Notes: a model not told the origin generated them from the sequence alone. DNA of 64,000 bases from Eledone cirrhosa (GCA_964016885.1 OZ024746.1:72230001-72294000); one strand, 5' to 3'. Positions 13,089-30,296 are shown, numbered from the stretch's first letter. Made by a program: numbers and translations.

Positions 13089-14137
13089 GGTGGGGGGGGG
13101 GGCTGTTTTCTTTTTGCTGTTGGGTGTGTGTGCTTTGTTGTGTTTGCGATGTTGCTGTTTGTGGCGATGATGGTGGTGGTGTGGTTGTTGTTGGTTGGTG
13201 GTGATCCTTGTGGTGGTGATGATAACGGTGGTGTTGTTGCTGCCAATCTCCTTGCAGCCTTTACCCTCTTTCTTTGCCTTCGCTTTTGGAGGGAGAAGCT
13301 GTGGTGTTTTTGTGTTTGTTTTGTTATTTGTTGACAACCTTTTTCCACTCCTCAGCCGCCTCATACACCATGTCTGACTGTGTGAGAGGTCGGGGAGGGG
13401 TATGAGTTCTACCCTCTCATTTGTCTTTGTTGTTGTTGGTGGTGGTGGTGGTGGTGGTGGTGGAGGAGCGTGGTCTGCCGTTCTTGGCACAGGTGCAGCT
13501 AGTGCAACTGTTTCTGTTGCTGCAGTTGCCGCCGCTCTTTTTAGTTGTCCGTGGCTTTGGTGTGGGTGCCACGGACGTTGTCTTCTTACTCTCTGTAGAA
13601 TCTCCCGACTTTTTCGCTGACTGTTCTGTTTCTGATGGCAGCGGTTCCGGCGTTGGAAAGCGGGGGACCTTCGCCTTTGTTATTATCCGAGGGCAGAAGG
13701 CCCTGAGGTGAGACTTCGATCCACAGTTGAAGCACTTTGGACGCCTTCCTTCCACAGATATGGGAAGTTGGGAGTCAATCCCGAGGTCTATCACGTCGGG
13801 AATAGCGCTGATGTTTTTCAAAATTAGTGTTCTCAGTGTTGTTGTCATTGCTGACTTTGTTCACGTTGTTTGTGGTGGTGTTTGTTGTATAAATTTCTCT
13901 GTTCGCCGTAACCCTCCTCTCAACTTTTACGCCGTTGTCACACGACAGCAGACATATCGCTGGCGGGCGTGGCTCAGCCATGTTGTTTTTTTTTGTTTTT
14001 TTTGTAAAAAGGCCCAAATATTATACTTTCCCCTTCACAGGGCAAAGTACACGACAACAAAAGTTTACAATGAATGATTTATGACAGGTAAATAAAGAGA
14101 CTTACGGGAGCGAGCAAAAAGACGTCTGATCAGACCA
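12570..14137 (-). mobile_element. 5' portion of a second Tx1-like LINE (ORF1 zinc knuckle plus ORF2 start)
   Basis: VEGRRPKCFNCGSKSHLRAFCP (CCHC) and MAVLRIGSVNVRGL (APE motif I); 5' end abuts (TTA)n. Confidence 0.8.
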
Positions 14138-14344
14138 ACAATAATAATAATAATAATTGTTTCTACTTTTTGGCACAAGGCCAGCAATTACCCAGTGCAT
14201 TACTGGTACTTTATTTTATCGACCCCGTAAGGATGAAAGGCAAAGTTAACCTCGGGGGAATTAGAACTCAGAATGGCAAGGGCCGTAACTCTATGCGTCG
14301 AAGCATAGCGTCCGATCCTCTACCGATACTGCCAATCCACCATG

Positions 14345-14389
<45 letters not shown>

Positions 14390-14570
14390 GTAATTTCTGA
14401 TTTAGGTACAAGGCCAACAATTTAGGGGGGAAGGGAAAGTCGATTGAATCGACCTCTGTACGTTATTGGTACTTTATTTCATCGATCCCGAAGGGATAAA
14501 ATAATAATAATAATTATAATGATGATGTTAATAATGATAATTGTATTTTCTTATTGATGTTTACCTGAAG

Positions 14571-14632
14571 TCGAGACGGTGTGTCAATTCCTCTCATCGT
14601 TATCAGCTGCACGGCAGAAATCGAAAAAAGGG
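14571..14632 (+). CDS. Gene A exon (RhoGAP N-terminus)
   Basis: cctgaag|RDGVSIPLIVISCTAEIEKR(G)|gtaagt, 62 nt, phase 2-1; matches BCR RERSKVPYIVRQCVEEIERRG. Confidence 0.92.
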
Positions 14633-14661
14633 GTAAGTAACTCTAACTAACACTCTCATTA

Positions 14662-14848
14662 ATAATTGTTTCTACTTTAGGCACAAGGCCAGCAATTACC
14701 CAGTGCGTTACTGGTACTTTATTTCATCGACCCCGTAAGGATGAAAGGCAAAGTCAACCTCGGCGGGATTTGAACTCAGATCGTAAAGGGACATAACTAT
14801 GCTGGAAAGCATAGCGTCCGACCCTCTACCGATACTGCCAATCCACTC
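14662..14848 (-). mobile_element. SINE with target-site duplication
   Basis: cactctcattaataattg occurs at both ends (from 14651 and from 14844). Confidence 0.85.
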
Positions 14849-15243
14849 TCATTAATAATTGACAACAAAAAGATCACGTTACAACACAATAACATGATAC
14901 CTCCCTGCTCTCTTTTATTCTGTTGTATTATAATTTTGAGGCGAAACCAATGTAGCTTAAAGTATTTTATATTCTTATGCACGTTTTTTTAGGTTTGTCA
15001 GAGATTTTAGTAAATCATATTGCCTTGAAAGAGGAAGGCAACTTAACATTATTGAAGCGGGGATTCATAGTGTAAATAAGACAGAGAAATATTCATTCAG
15101 ACCTGAAATTAAGCTCTCAAATTAATCTAATCTAATCTGGCCGAGGTGCGAAAGGTGTAAGGGAGATAACTGCGAATGTCCCGAATAGATTGTTCGAGTT
15201 GATTAGAATATTAGAATGTTGCTGTTATTCAATCCGGAGCTTT

Positions 15244-15915
15244 TTAGTTATGCAAGAGGTGCTTCCAGACGTGTGGACAACGTGAGAAGATTTCATTTCT
15301 TGAATTTAGGCAATCGCTATTGCGTAATCTTCTTAGAATATTTATCCTTTCTTCAATATAGAGTCCACAAGACAGATTACCCCTTACGTATGGCTTGGAC
15401 TTAGTGATAGCTTTCCATTGAATGGAGTAATTTATACCTGAGTCTTTGAGGGACCATACGTGGCTCGCGAGCTTCGTGGATGATCGTTTTTCCGGGTACC
15501 TAAAGGTCGACTGATGGTTCAGGAAGCGTTCCTTAAATCGGCCCTCCGCCATACCCACATAGGATTTGACCTCCTGTGGTTGATTTGGTCGGCTGAATGT
15601 GATCACATCTTCATAAATTACAGCGGGTGAGTTGCACTGTTGTTGAAGGGGACAAGCTTCAGGCTTTCGGCAAGAACATCTTGGTGAGGTGCCGCTCTTA
15701 GGACGGTTGGTGATGTGGGCCTTCATATTCTTAGCGCAGGAGTACCCTAGTTTTATTCTGTGTCTGTTAAAGATGGAGCGGTATTTGTGACCTATGGGAA
15801 AGTGTTTATCTAAGAGGGCTAAAAATGTTTTTCCTACATTAGTTTTAACGTTGAGTGAGAAGGGAGGAGAGAACCAGATAGTTTGTCTATTGGTACGATT
15901 TCTTTTCTTAACGGT
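15244..15915 (-). mobile_element. Penelope-like element 3' fragment: RT C-terminus plus GIY-YIG endonuclease
   Basis: WFSPPFSLNVKTNVGK, CSCRKPEACPL..C, VIY..YVGMAEGRFKERF..H, LNSRNEIFSRCPH. Confidence 0.88.
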
Positions 15916-15944
15916 AAACAGAAATAACAAAGCAAACAACACAG

Positions 15945-16460
15945 TACAATGGAGATATATTAGTTTTACGCTTGATATAGTAGGAAAATAGTCTTAACGC
16001 CTCGGGCGCTAGTCCTTCATCAGAAAATAGAATGAGAAATTAAAGATGAAATAGGAAGATAGAAGAAAGTGAGCAGTGGTAGAAACGAAAAGAAATGTCT
16101 TGTATGTATGTATTTTTATGACAGTGAATAAAGCAGAACATTATAAATTCATAAATTGGAGAAGTCAGTAAGATATATTCAGAAGAACTAATTATACTCC
16201 CTTGTAGTTGAGTAAAATTGCAAGCTAATAGGTGAGCTATTTCTAGCGCTCCTTTTAAATTGCCACCCGCCCGTCTATTACTTTTCTTCATACCAGACAC
16301 TGAGCACATGATGTTTCTTATTTGGAAAAAACACATATATAGTGGTCATTTAAAGTATCTTTTTATTGTTGTGAGAATGCTTCCTGATTATTCGTGTTCT
16401 CCCGATGTTAGATATCCTGATTTGTTAAGAAACTGCAGTAGGGGTGGGTGAAGTAAGTAT
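15945..16460 (-). mobile_element. Penelope-like pLTR fragment with a degenerate hammerhead at 15992-16027
   Basis: Homologous to 49950-50060; core CTGATGA..GAGG instead of GAAA. Confidence 0.6.
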
Positions 16461-16490
16461 AGTTAATTATGATCTTTGTATTTATTATTA

Positions 16491-16623
<133 letters not shown>

Positions 16624-16719
16624 CATTTATGTGAGTGGGGATGTATTTCCATGCATATAAGTTTGTGTGTATGTAAAAGTTCTAAGAATCAATGTATATT
16701 TCATGCTATATTTTTTAAG

Positions 16720-16797
16720 GTTTGAACGAAGAATTCTTATACCTTACGAAAGGGAATTTGGACAGTATTCGTCGCCTTTTTCAGGCATTTGATAAAT
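16720..16797 (+). CDS. Gene A exon (arginine-finger region, R replaced by L)
   Basis: ttttaag|GLNEEFLYLTKGNLDSIRRLFQAFDK|gtatgt, 78 nt, phase 1-1; aligns to GMEEVGIYRVSG..IQALKAAFD. Confidence 0.88.
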
Positions 16798-17690
16798 GTA
16801 TGTATTGATTTCTACATAATAATATGCAAATAAATCAACAAAAGCAAATGCTTGAACACGTTTGACACTAACCCGCCTGAAGCCGCCCATGATTCTATAT
16901 TTCAAAGCCATTTATTTTAAAGTCTTTCGTTTATCTAAAAACACTTCTATCATAATTCAATGAAAATACTTTAAATTCTATTCCACGAGCTTAATAATGA
17001 GTGAGGTAGTTATATTAATATATCTCTTCAAATTCTCGATTATTTTTTTAATTATTTAAAAACTTTGGACAGTGTCTATCATTGGAAATATGGCGAAGAA
17101 ACAGTTGGAGTCATTTTTTCTGCTAAAGCAGAGGTTGTGGGTCCCATGATAAGCTTCTCTAGTTTGCTTTATCATCAACATATCCCTCACCAGCCCCTTG
17201 GCTTTCATTTCCTTTTCCATCATATTTAGCCAAGGTCTTCCTCTTCTACCACTTCATTTCCACCACCCTTCTCGCCCAATCACTTTTTCTTTTCAAAATG
17301 CATGACCTAGCCATATTATTCCATTTCCCTCCACAACATTCATTACTAGCGAACCTTTCCTTCGCCCGTTACATTCCTTTGTCATGTCCTCTTCGAGATT
17401 CAGCATCTTAAAATGACCTCTGACCGACGGATTTCTTCTTTCACAGTTCCTGGCATATCTTTCACACTTCCTGACACATTTTCATCCAACTTTCATCATC
17501 CATAACAAGGCAATCTTCTCTCTTACACAATGAATCTGATTCCTTCTGTACTCACCTTTGCCTTCAAATTATCTCTATTTCGTTGATCAGTTACATTAAC
17601 ATTGTAAAGAGGAATTTAGTAATTCAGAAAATAAAAACTATAATTAATTACTCCTCTGTTAACATTTCTATTTTACTTTTCTATGGACAG

Positions 17691-17825
17691 GTTCTGATAC
17701 AGGGGCAGAATATATTCAAAATAAATCCTTCACAGTACACGACATTGCACAAGTACTATTGTGGTACCTCCGGGCATTGCCCACATCATTACTGCAACGT
17801 CCAGATACGTTCATTCTCATCCATG
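17691..17825 (+). CDS. Gene A exon (RhoGAP core)
   Basis: ggacag|CSDTGAEYIQNKSFTVHDIAQVLLWYLRALPTSLLQRPDTFILIH|gtgagt, 135 nt, phase 1-1; matches VNAIAGTLKLYFRELPEPLF. Confidence 0.92.
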
Positions 17826-17929
17826 GTGAGTACAACTAACTCCCTCCATCCACGGGCCTTTGACTCCTTAAGCAATCCTATGGGTGCCCTTGTGTCGTAC
17901 GGCATTTAAAATCCAGCAGAACCCATCCC

Positions 17930-18655
17930 ATTCTATGTCTGGATTTCTAGAATGTACCAATGTATACATAGTCTAACTGCATCGGGTCATCCAGATCGTA
18001 TTTCGATAGGGTATTCTGTGGCGATGTAGTCTAGCATAGGTTGTCCACAATTGAAAGTAGCCGACTACACAGCCCACAAATTTGTGATCTGTATAGTTGA
18101 CATAGATAGGTTTTACTGACGGGGACCGGTTGCTGGCACGTACAGAAACTGGATTAGTTAATTAGTTATGTGTACGTTGACGAGGACAATATTCAAACAA
18201 CAGATGGTTGTTTTCTCGGAAGAGGGCCATTGGATTGACATCGATGTGATTTAGCAAAGGTTTAGCGATACAGAGAGCTTGTTAAAAACCACGGCTGCGT
18301 GGTCAAAGCTAGGGAACGTGCTTTTAAACATTAGAGGACGAAAGCCGTTTGATGGACGAGAGGGGCTACGGCACGGCGAGACAACAACTGGGACAGGGCA
18401 CTTGCCCCAGAGATCAGGGCACCCGTGGCTTTAGGAGTTTTTTTTTCTACAAGCATCCCTCGAACGTCTCCTCCCTATTGAGGAATTCCCTTTGTTTAAT
18501 TTTTATTGTTACCTTTCTTTTTCACTATTGTTAAATCTGTTTACACACCAAACCCACACACCAACACACACACACACATACACAATCTGTTTTCGTCCTG
18601 TGTCGTCATAATGTTTTTCTTGGTGTTAACCCTTGAGTGAATAACAAAAATCATT
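17930..18655 (+). mobile_element. Internally deleted, decayed Tx1-like copy
   Basis: Nucleotide similarity to 5225-5810 joined to the 8120-8340 3' UTR; ends at (TTA)n. Confidence 0.75.
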
Positions 18656-18695
18656 ATTATTATTATTGTTGTTGTTGTTGTTGTTACCATTTTAG

Positions 18696-18801
18696 ATATA
18701 CAGAATCACACGAGAAAAGTGTTGGCCCTTAGGTCTTTGATTCACCAACTACCTCATGAAAATCGTTGCGTTTTCTTTCATCTTTTGGATCATTTCGTCA
18801 A
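18696..18801 (+). CDS. Gene A exon (RhoGAP)
   Basis: cattttag|DIQNHTRKVLALRSLIHQLPHENRCVFFHLLDHFV(K)|gtaaga, 106 nt, phase 1-2; matches LPEANLLTFLFLLDHLKR. Confidence 0.92.
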
Positions 18802-19584
18802 GTAAGATGTCTGCCTCTTCCACTTATTCTCCAATACCATCATCATCATCATCATCATCATCATCGTCATCATCATCGTCATAATCATCATCCATGTCAT
18901 CATTCTCTATTGACTTTCTCTACTCTTTGCAGCTTTCAATTGTGATCCTATGATAGGATAATTAGCTCTGACCAATTTCGATCTTGCACATATATAGAAT
19001 AATTCTTTCAGCATTAGTTCAGCAAATACTGTGATGGGAGTTATAAAATTACAAAACCTGTCCGGAGTTATCTCACACGCTTAATTTAAAATGATAATTC
19101 TTTTTTATTAATATTATTACTATTATTACATATCACTGCGTACTTATGTCATGTCAGGTTTTTACTATACGAGTTTCCTCACATTTTAATGTTTTACTTT
19201 TAATGCTCACTGTGTGAAAGCATGTGACTTGGTGGTTAAGGTATTCGACTCACGCCCATAAGGTCGTGTGTTGTATCCTTGAGCAAGGTACCTTATTTCA
19301 CATTGTACCAGTTCACATGGCTGACGAAATTTAAGATGTACCGGTAAACAAACTGTGACACACCGAATCTTCCCAAGAACTACGTTAAAAGTGCATGTGT
19401 CTGTGAAACACTCAGCCACTTGCACAATAATACAAGATCGACTGTATTTGTATTTAAAATGCTCAGCTACTTACAAGTTATTTTCACGGGGGAAGTTGTT
19501 ACGTTATTCGAACAGCAGACACCGACGGATCTAACAACAACCACAACAACACTAACTGTATTTTCATTTTGCTTGCCTCTACAG

Positions 19585-19774
19585 AGTTTGTCAATACCCC
19601 AAGAATAAAGTAACTCCAACTACGGCAGGAAAGATACTCTTTTCTGTGTTTTACGACTTGGAATCTGCAGACAAATTAAGTGAGAAGACAGATCAAGAAA
19701 TGAAATTTGCCGCCGTCATGGTATACACCATGGAGTTACGAATGGGAGGTGTTAATTTATACAGTATTTCATAA
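19585..19774 (+). CDS. Gene A terminal coding exon
   Basis: ctctacag|VCQYPKNKVTPTTAGKILFSVF..MELRMGGVNLYSIS*, phase-2 start; AATAAA overlaps the stop codon. Confidence 0.88.
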
Positions 19775-19966
19775 TAAAACGATAGAATATAATTAAATAA
19801 ATAAATAAATTAACCTAAATGAATAAATAAATATACAAACAAATAAAAGACCAAAAATGGTTACTAAATCATGCAGCTTTTGGCTACATTTCTTTATGAT
19901 ATCAAAACGGTGTATGGGCGGCATCGTTAGAGTGCCAAACAAAATATATATGCGTGGATGTATATT

Positions 19967-20003
<37 letters not shown>

Positions 20004-20024
20004 ATATACACGCACACGCGCGCA

Positions 20025-20153
<129 letters not shown>

Positions 20154-20408
20154 CATAACGTTTTCCTTTTGCTTGTACGTTTAAGTGATGAAATTATGTT
20201 CCCACCAGTGGATACATGTGGTTTCAGTTGGAGTTGCTCATGGAATTCCATACCGCTCCATTATATGGAGGAACATGTACAGGATTTAAAGTACCAGTTG
20301 CTGTTGAGTGGTTGGAGTTCGATAAATTATTCTAATAAATTACTATTTGGAAACACCAATGGTTGAACGAAGTCAAGATATTTCAATATATCTTCAAGCA
20401 AACGTCAT

Positions 20409-20910
<502 letters not shown>

Positions 20911-20917
<7 letters not shown>

Positions 20918-21185
20918 GAGAAGAAAGAATACTGCGTGGTTGCACATGGGTTACATATGATAAAAATAGTCCTTCGTCAGTGATTTTCCAACCTTCATTG
21001 GTATTTCATCGCTTTAAAAATCATATACCTCCGGTTGGTGCGAGCAATAGCTAAATAAAGCTATTGGGACAAGTAAATCGCGTAAAGCGAGCGAGACAGT
21101 AAACAACAAGGAAGGATAGCAACGCAAAGATAGGAAAAAACAAGCGCATGGGGGATCCGGTGAGCTTAAGCTGTGTGGATTTCAT
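20911..21185. repeat. Dispersed non-coding repeat, second copy at 60291-60550
   Basis: High identity starting aaacatgagaagaaagaatactgcgtgg; both copies follow (TA)n. Confidence 0.75.
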
Positions 21186-21222
21186 ATATATATATATATA
21201 TATATATTAATCTGTTATTTTA

Positions 21223-21289
<67 letters not shown>

Positions 21290-21592
21290 TGAAGGAAACG
21301 ACAAAACGGATACAAAACGACTTATATGGAAAGGGGAAAAGAAAGTTCGATATTTTATGTGTGTGTGTTTATTTCTTTACCAGCAAATATCTTCTGTCAA
21401 TTTTGTCAACTTCGATGACGGCTTACTTTATCCATCTCTTCAAAAAAAATTAAACTCTGTATTACGGTACACACACACACAATCCAGCTTTGTAAAATAC
21501 TGGGAATACCAGTGAAATATTTTGTTCTGGTGTCATAGTCTATGTTAATAGTAGCAACGAAATCTCCCTCAAACAATATATATATATATATA

Positions 21593-24500
21593 CTAGCAGT
21601 TTAGCCCGGCGTTGCTCGGGTTTATTTATTTGCTATGAAAAGTTACATACAGGTAAACGTGGCTTGAAAGCGAATAAGCTTATCAATTAAGTGCATAAAG
21701 CAGTTGAACCGGTTATTAAAAGTTACGAACCAATTAGCATTTTGGACAATCAATGATGGGTTAATAATCTTCCAATAGCGAATTTAGCAGACCAAAGTTT
21801 CAAGATGGTGGCCCTGATGCCGCTGGGTGTCAGATCTGTCCGCCATGGGATACCCTACCAGGAAATAGTTTTCCAGATGGCATAACTCAAACACCTGCAC
21901 CAACATCTATAGCACCTCTTTGTAGACGATATTGCGTGTCATCCCTTGAGGAGTGTATGCAAAAAGTCCATTCCTGCTCCCTACGCGGGAACAGGAAACA
22001 AAGTTGGCCATGGGAGAAGCATAGCTCTCCCAAATAGATGCCCGCCACCGACAATGTTTGCCCTTGTGACTTGTTAATGGACATGGCAAAACATGGTCTC
22101 ACCGGGAATTGGGGTCGCCGGAAATCGAACGGGATGTCTGATGCCGAGGGGAAAAGGTTCATCCTTGGAATGAAAACATTCTCCCCTCTTCCGCAACCCG
22201 TTACAATGGTGGCCTCAATCAAGTGGGGTGTCAGTGACTTGACGACCATGCGAGTACCGTTGCACTGCTTTGGTGGACGCAAGTTCCTTATTAGCATAAT
22301 GGGACAGCCAACCCTAAGCTTAATAATGTGAGGTGGGAGCCCTGGGGGCTCAAGGGAATTTAATAACACAACCGGATAATTAACGATATCGTCGGGGTCT
22401 GACGTCCGGTCGATAGATTTGAAGATGTGCTCTTTACCGGGAATCTTCTCAATCAGCTGCTCGTTAATAAAATTAACCATGGTATTTTTCGAAGCAAGGG
22501 TGGCTCTTTTGTTGAGCCAATCGAGGTTTTTAAAGTTAGATGAGACATCAGGAAAAACTGCTTCCCAAAGGTCAGAAGGGCTGCTCACAATGTTGCACAG
22601 GGAGTCGATTGCTATGCTGCCCTTGTCATCCGCCGGGACCTTGCCCTCACCAAGTGCTAAAATGTTCTGAGCAAATGCTGCAGACATGTTGTCACCATGC
22701 AAATGAGCACGCATATTTGTGCTCAGGTACAAACTCTTCACCTGGATCCACAACATGGACGACTTAAGGCAGGCACGCACTTCATCAGCTCTTGTCTCTT
22801 TGGGGATGACAGGCAGCGTTTGCCGAAAATCCCCTGATAGCAGAAGGGTTACGCCACCCATAGGAGCCTTAGAATCCCTAATGTTTTTCAGGGTCCGGTC
22901 CAATGCCTCAAGGGCACCCTTGTGTGCCATTGTGCACTCATCCCAAACAATGAGGCAACATCTTTTGAGAACCAGAGCTTTGTGTGAACTCTTGCTGATA
23001 TTGTATGTTGGTGTCTCAGTTTTTATTAAATCCAAAGGGAGTTTAAAGGTTGAATATGCTGTCCTGCCTCCCGGCAGCAAAGTAGCAGCGATCCCGGACG
23101 ATGCAACGGACAACGCAACTTTTTTCTCCTGACGAATCTTAGCGAGAATCAATTTCGTTACAAAAGATTTTCCGGTATCCCCAGCAGCGTTTTTTATTGG
23201 AGGAGGGGTCCGTTTTTTATTTGGGGGTGTGGTGTTTTTTATTTGGAATCGGTTTTTTATTTGGGGGGGGGCCGTTTTTTATGGGGGTGGGGGCGTTTTT
23301 TATTGGTGGGGGTCTGTTTTTTATTTAGGGGGTCCGGTTTTTATTGGGATGGGGTCCGTTTTTTATTGGGGGTGTCCGTTTTTTATGGGGGGTCCGTTTT
23401 TTATTGGGGGTGGGGTGGGGTGGGGGGCGTTTTTTATTTAGAATCCTTTTTTTATTTGGGGGGGGTCCGTTTTTTATTGAGGTGGGGGCGTTTTTTTATT
23501 GGTGGGGGTCCGCTTTTTATTTGGGGGAATCCGTTTTTTATTGGGGTGCGCTCAATTTTTTATTTGGGGGGGGAGAAGGGTCCGGTTTTTATGAAGGGGT
23601 GATCCGTTATTTAGAGGGGACCCGTTTTTTATTTGGGGGGGGGGTTATTTGGGAGGGGGTCCGTTTTTTATTGGGGGTGGGGGATCACCCAATTCACACT
23701 TTTGAAGCAAAATGGCAAAGAGTTCCCGTAGACTTTTAGGTGATTTCAGCAAAGCACCCTCTGCTAAAGTGGAATCCCATTGCGAATCATCTTCCAAAAG
23801 ACCTCGCTTAAAGCAGGCTTCCCGGTACGTATCACATATTTCTCCATCAACAGTTTTGAGGTCCTGAAAACTTTGTGGGCCTACAACTTCATACAGAAGA
23901 AGGCGGAGATGAAAGCACTCATGCTGACTTGGGGGCACAGTGTAAACCCTTCCAAGACAGCTGTCAACTTTTACACAGGATGTCTTTCAACAGCCTAACC
24001 TGACTTCTTCGCACCCAAGTGTTTTTCGACCATATAAAGTAGGATGGAACCTGGGGGTACACAATTGTTTGCGCAAATGTATCAAACTGGTAAAGTTTGA
24101 AGAAACCCGTCAGAGTGGTCTCCTTCGGATCGGCGGCCAACTTGGTGGCGGTTTGGTCCGTAAAGTAAACCCTTTGCCAATTTTCCAAATGTACCACAAG
24201 CTGTACGATGGCGGGGTGCCGTTGGTGTAGGGGTAAACCAAATAGGCGCCAAAAAGCTTCATTGCTACTGATGTACGGCCCCGCCAGGTATTCTGTGACC
24301 TCGTCCCTGCTATTTTCAGCTTGAAATGCGAACACTGCGGCATCAGAGCCCGTATTTACATATTTGCATATGTATTTTATCGACTTGAGGGAGTTGCAAA
24401 ACTCAACGTTGATGTGGGCGTTGAACATCTTCAAGAGAAGCGGGCAGTAAGGGACCACCCATCTATTGTCGACTTGACCTCTCTTTACTATTGTGGTGAA

Positions 24501-25400
24501 GTCGCCGTTCTAGGGCCGTCTCTCCCAGTCTGAGTCTGGTCAACAAATTTTTGGGGGTATCCCTTACTGCACGACCCCCTTTCAGACACGTGTGATGCTC
24601 ATTAGGACCCAACGCACACGGACCATGTTAGCTTTGACGATGTCATGTAATTCCTGGTCAGTTGCTGGGTTGGGGATTTCAGCCGAAATGAAGCTGTCTA
24701 TGGCATTTGAATTGATTTTATCAGCTAACCAAATCAAAATGTGAGCATGTGGCAGCCCTCGTTTTTGCCATTCGACGGTGAACATGTCACATTTTACAGC
24801 CCCAAATACCTGACCCTTTTTTGATTAAAGCCATGAGTTTAGCCAGTTTCAGTCTGAACACTCTGGCAATGAGGTTATGTCTGTTCGAATAATTTTGCCC
24901 AGGAAAAGGTTCACGGGTTACATTCCAATTCATATGTCTATAGCATTAATCTGTTATATGAAGTGTTATTTTGCGGGTTGTTATTTGCAATAAGCCGATT
25001 GAAAATACCCCAGATAAGCCGTATGTCAATACGGAACGCTCAATATGGAACGCTCAATACGGAACGCTCCACTGCAGTGTTGTCTTATAGGGAGTGAAGA
25101 GCGACAGAGAGAGTAAAGCAGTTAAATTATAGAGAGAGGGAATATACGGAACGCTCCATTTGATCATACTGTTTCTCTCTCTACAGTGTTGGCATATAGG
25201 GAGTGAGGAGCGACAGAGAGAGCAAAGCAGTTAAATTATAGAGAGGGGGAATGATTATGATCGATTTTTGCCCTTATTGTTGATGGATTTGAAATTTTTT
25301 TGTCTCATGAACTTTTCCTGACCAAAAGCAATAATTGTCCCGACTTTCAATAGAATCCGTTGGAAACCTTAACACACATCCTCAGACTTATATATATATA
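21593..25400 (-). mobile_element. Decayed autonomous Helitron (Rep HUH-Y2 plus Pif1 helicase)
   Basis: VEWQKRGLPHAHIL (HUH), KYICKY (Y2), GDTGKS, WDE, GDFRQTLPV, MSINKSQGQT; 3' hairpin cccgagcaacgccggg then CTAG at 21596-21593; 5' end approximate. Confidence 0.92.
23188..23690. repeat. ~21-bp G/T-rich minisatellite inside the Helitron ORF
   Basis: Tandem degenerate TTGGGGGGGTCCGTTTTTTA units. Confidence 0.85.
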
Positions 25401-25835
25401 TATATATATATATCAGATCTATGCTGCCGAGTAAGGGCCGCGGGTGTAACTGGACATTTGGAAACTCTGCTTCGTAGATTCGAGACATATCTGGGTACCT
25501 TGCGATTTCTGAGTCAGGTTCGATCATTACATCGTTCGTGCCTCGAGCACTCAATTTTATAGCGTGTCAGCACTCAATGTCAGCACTCAATTTTATAGCC
25601 ATGTCAGCACTCAATGTCAGCACTCAATTTTATAGCCATGTCTCTCAATTTTATAGCATTGAGGCTTGTTTGCGTAATTGCTTACGAATCGAATGTTTTG
25701 CCTTTCATCGTTACGGGGTCGATAAAATAAAGTACCAGTAATGTACTGGGTATTTGCTGGCCTTGTGCCTAAAATAGAAACAATTATTAATATTCGAAAA
25801 ACTCAGATTACATTTATTATATATATATATGTATG

Positions 25836-25867
<32 letters not shown>

Positions 25868-25869
<2 letters not shown>

Positions 25870-26023
25870 AGATAGGGTGTGGTTAAAAACCAGGGGGATC
25901 ATAGGCCATCAGAGCACTCGTCATTTGGGGTAGTAGAGTGGGTAATATGAAAAGATTCAGGACTCCGATGGATCTAACTGTCGAAACGGCCGGAGCTCAG
26001 CCGTCGGGGTCCTGAATCTTTCC

Positions 26024-26025
<2 letters not shown>
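25868..26025 (-). mobile_element. Family C fold-back element
   Basis: Homologous to 2120-2253; inverted arms ~25947-25971 / 26001-26025; (TA)n flanks. Confidence 0.7.
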
Positions 26026-29095
<3,070 letters not shown>

Positions 29096-29111
29096 CTGTA
29101 TATATATATAA

Positions 29112-29610
29112 TCATCGTTTAATGCTTATTTTCCTTGCTAGCATGGGTTAGACGGGTAATCCCATTGAAGGCAAGTCGGATCAGGTGATTGTGTCTTACT
29201 CATACAGAACTGTTTCAGGCTTGGTTTTTATGACCAGATGCCCTTCTTAACACCAACAACATTTACAGTGTGTGCTGGGTGCTTTTTGTTGTGACACCTA
29301 CACAACCAATTTACAGTGTGGGCTGGGTGCTTTTTGTTGTGATACCTACATGACCAATTTACTGTGTGGGCTGGGTGCTTTTTGTTGTGACACCTACATG
29401 ACCAATTTACTGTGTGGGCTGGGTGCTTTTTGTTGTGACACCTACATGACCAATTTACTGTGTGGGATGGGTGCTTTTGACACCTACACGACAATTTACA
29501 GTGTGGGCTGGATGCTTTTTATTGTGATACCAGCACGACCACTTTACAGTGTGGGTTGCAAACTTTTTATTGTGACACCTTCATGACCACTTTACAGTGT
29601 GGACTGGGGC
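29112..29610 (-). repeat. SINE with RTE-type tail containing a 48-bp tandem array (~7 units)
   Basis: Unit ccaatttactgtgtgggctgggtgctttttgttgtgacacctacatga; related copies at 30410-30610, 32540-32745, 43270-43710. Confidence 0.75.
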
Positions 29611-29699
29611 AGGGGGCTTAAATGTATGGGTGAAGGGTGGTGTGATTAGATGTGGGAGGAGTGTTAGGGATGGGAGGTGTATGGAAGGGGGAGAGAGGA

Positions 29700-30265
29700 T
29701 AGTGGTTAAGAGGTGCATACTAGATGTACGTATGCTTTAATTTATGTGTATGAGAAGGCAGGTCTTCTGTATTACTGCATAATGCAAAGATTTCCTCCTG
29801 TGTTATTGTCTTTTAGAAGTGCAATTGTGCAATGTCAGCTTTTATCACCTCATCCCAAGTCTTCCTCAGTCTTCCTACTCCAAAGCTTCCATCAACTTTG
29901 ATCACCCTGGACCTTTTTATATAGCTGTCTTGCTTCATACACATCACATGGCTATACCAACCAATCCCCTCTCTTTCACACTGCATCTGATCCCTCTTAT
30001 ACCCAATTTCTCTCTGAGTTCATTTACGCTTTGCCATTCATGTATATTACTATTACACATCAATTGGAGCATGCAGGCTTCATTTCTTTCCAATCTTCTC
30101 AGATACTCTGCACATGATACCATGCAACACTGCTGTTTGTATACATGCCTTCTGCAATCTGCCCTTTATTTTGAAAGAAAACTTTTTGTAGCCAGCAAAG
30201 GTAGTAATTCTCTGAATTTTCTTTATTCCATTCTTACTCTGGCTACTGTACTTTTAGAACACCCT
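29700..30265 (-). mobile_element. RTE LINE 3' fragment
   Basis: Decayed [16 protein letters not shown] segment; same family as 31995-32510. Confidence 0.7.
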
Positions 30266-30296
30266 CCTCCATATATATATATATGGCCTCAGATTT

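Noticed and set aside
21288-21400. tatag|GTGAA segments in the duplicated block as extra exons
   Set aside because: They lie downstream of the gene A stop, lack a polypyrimidine tract, and their frames are not conserved between copies
29262-29610. CRISPR-like appearance of regular repeats
   Set aside because: Contiguous tandem units with no unique spacers, eukaryotic context, no cas genes
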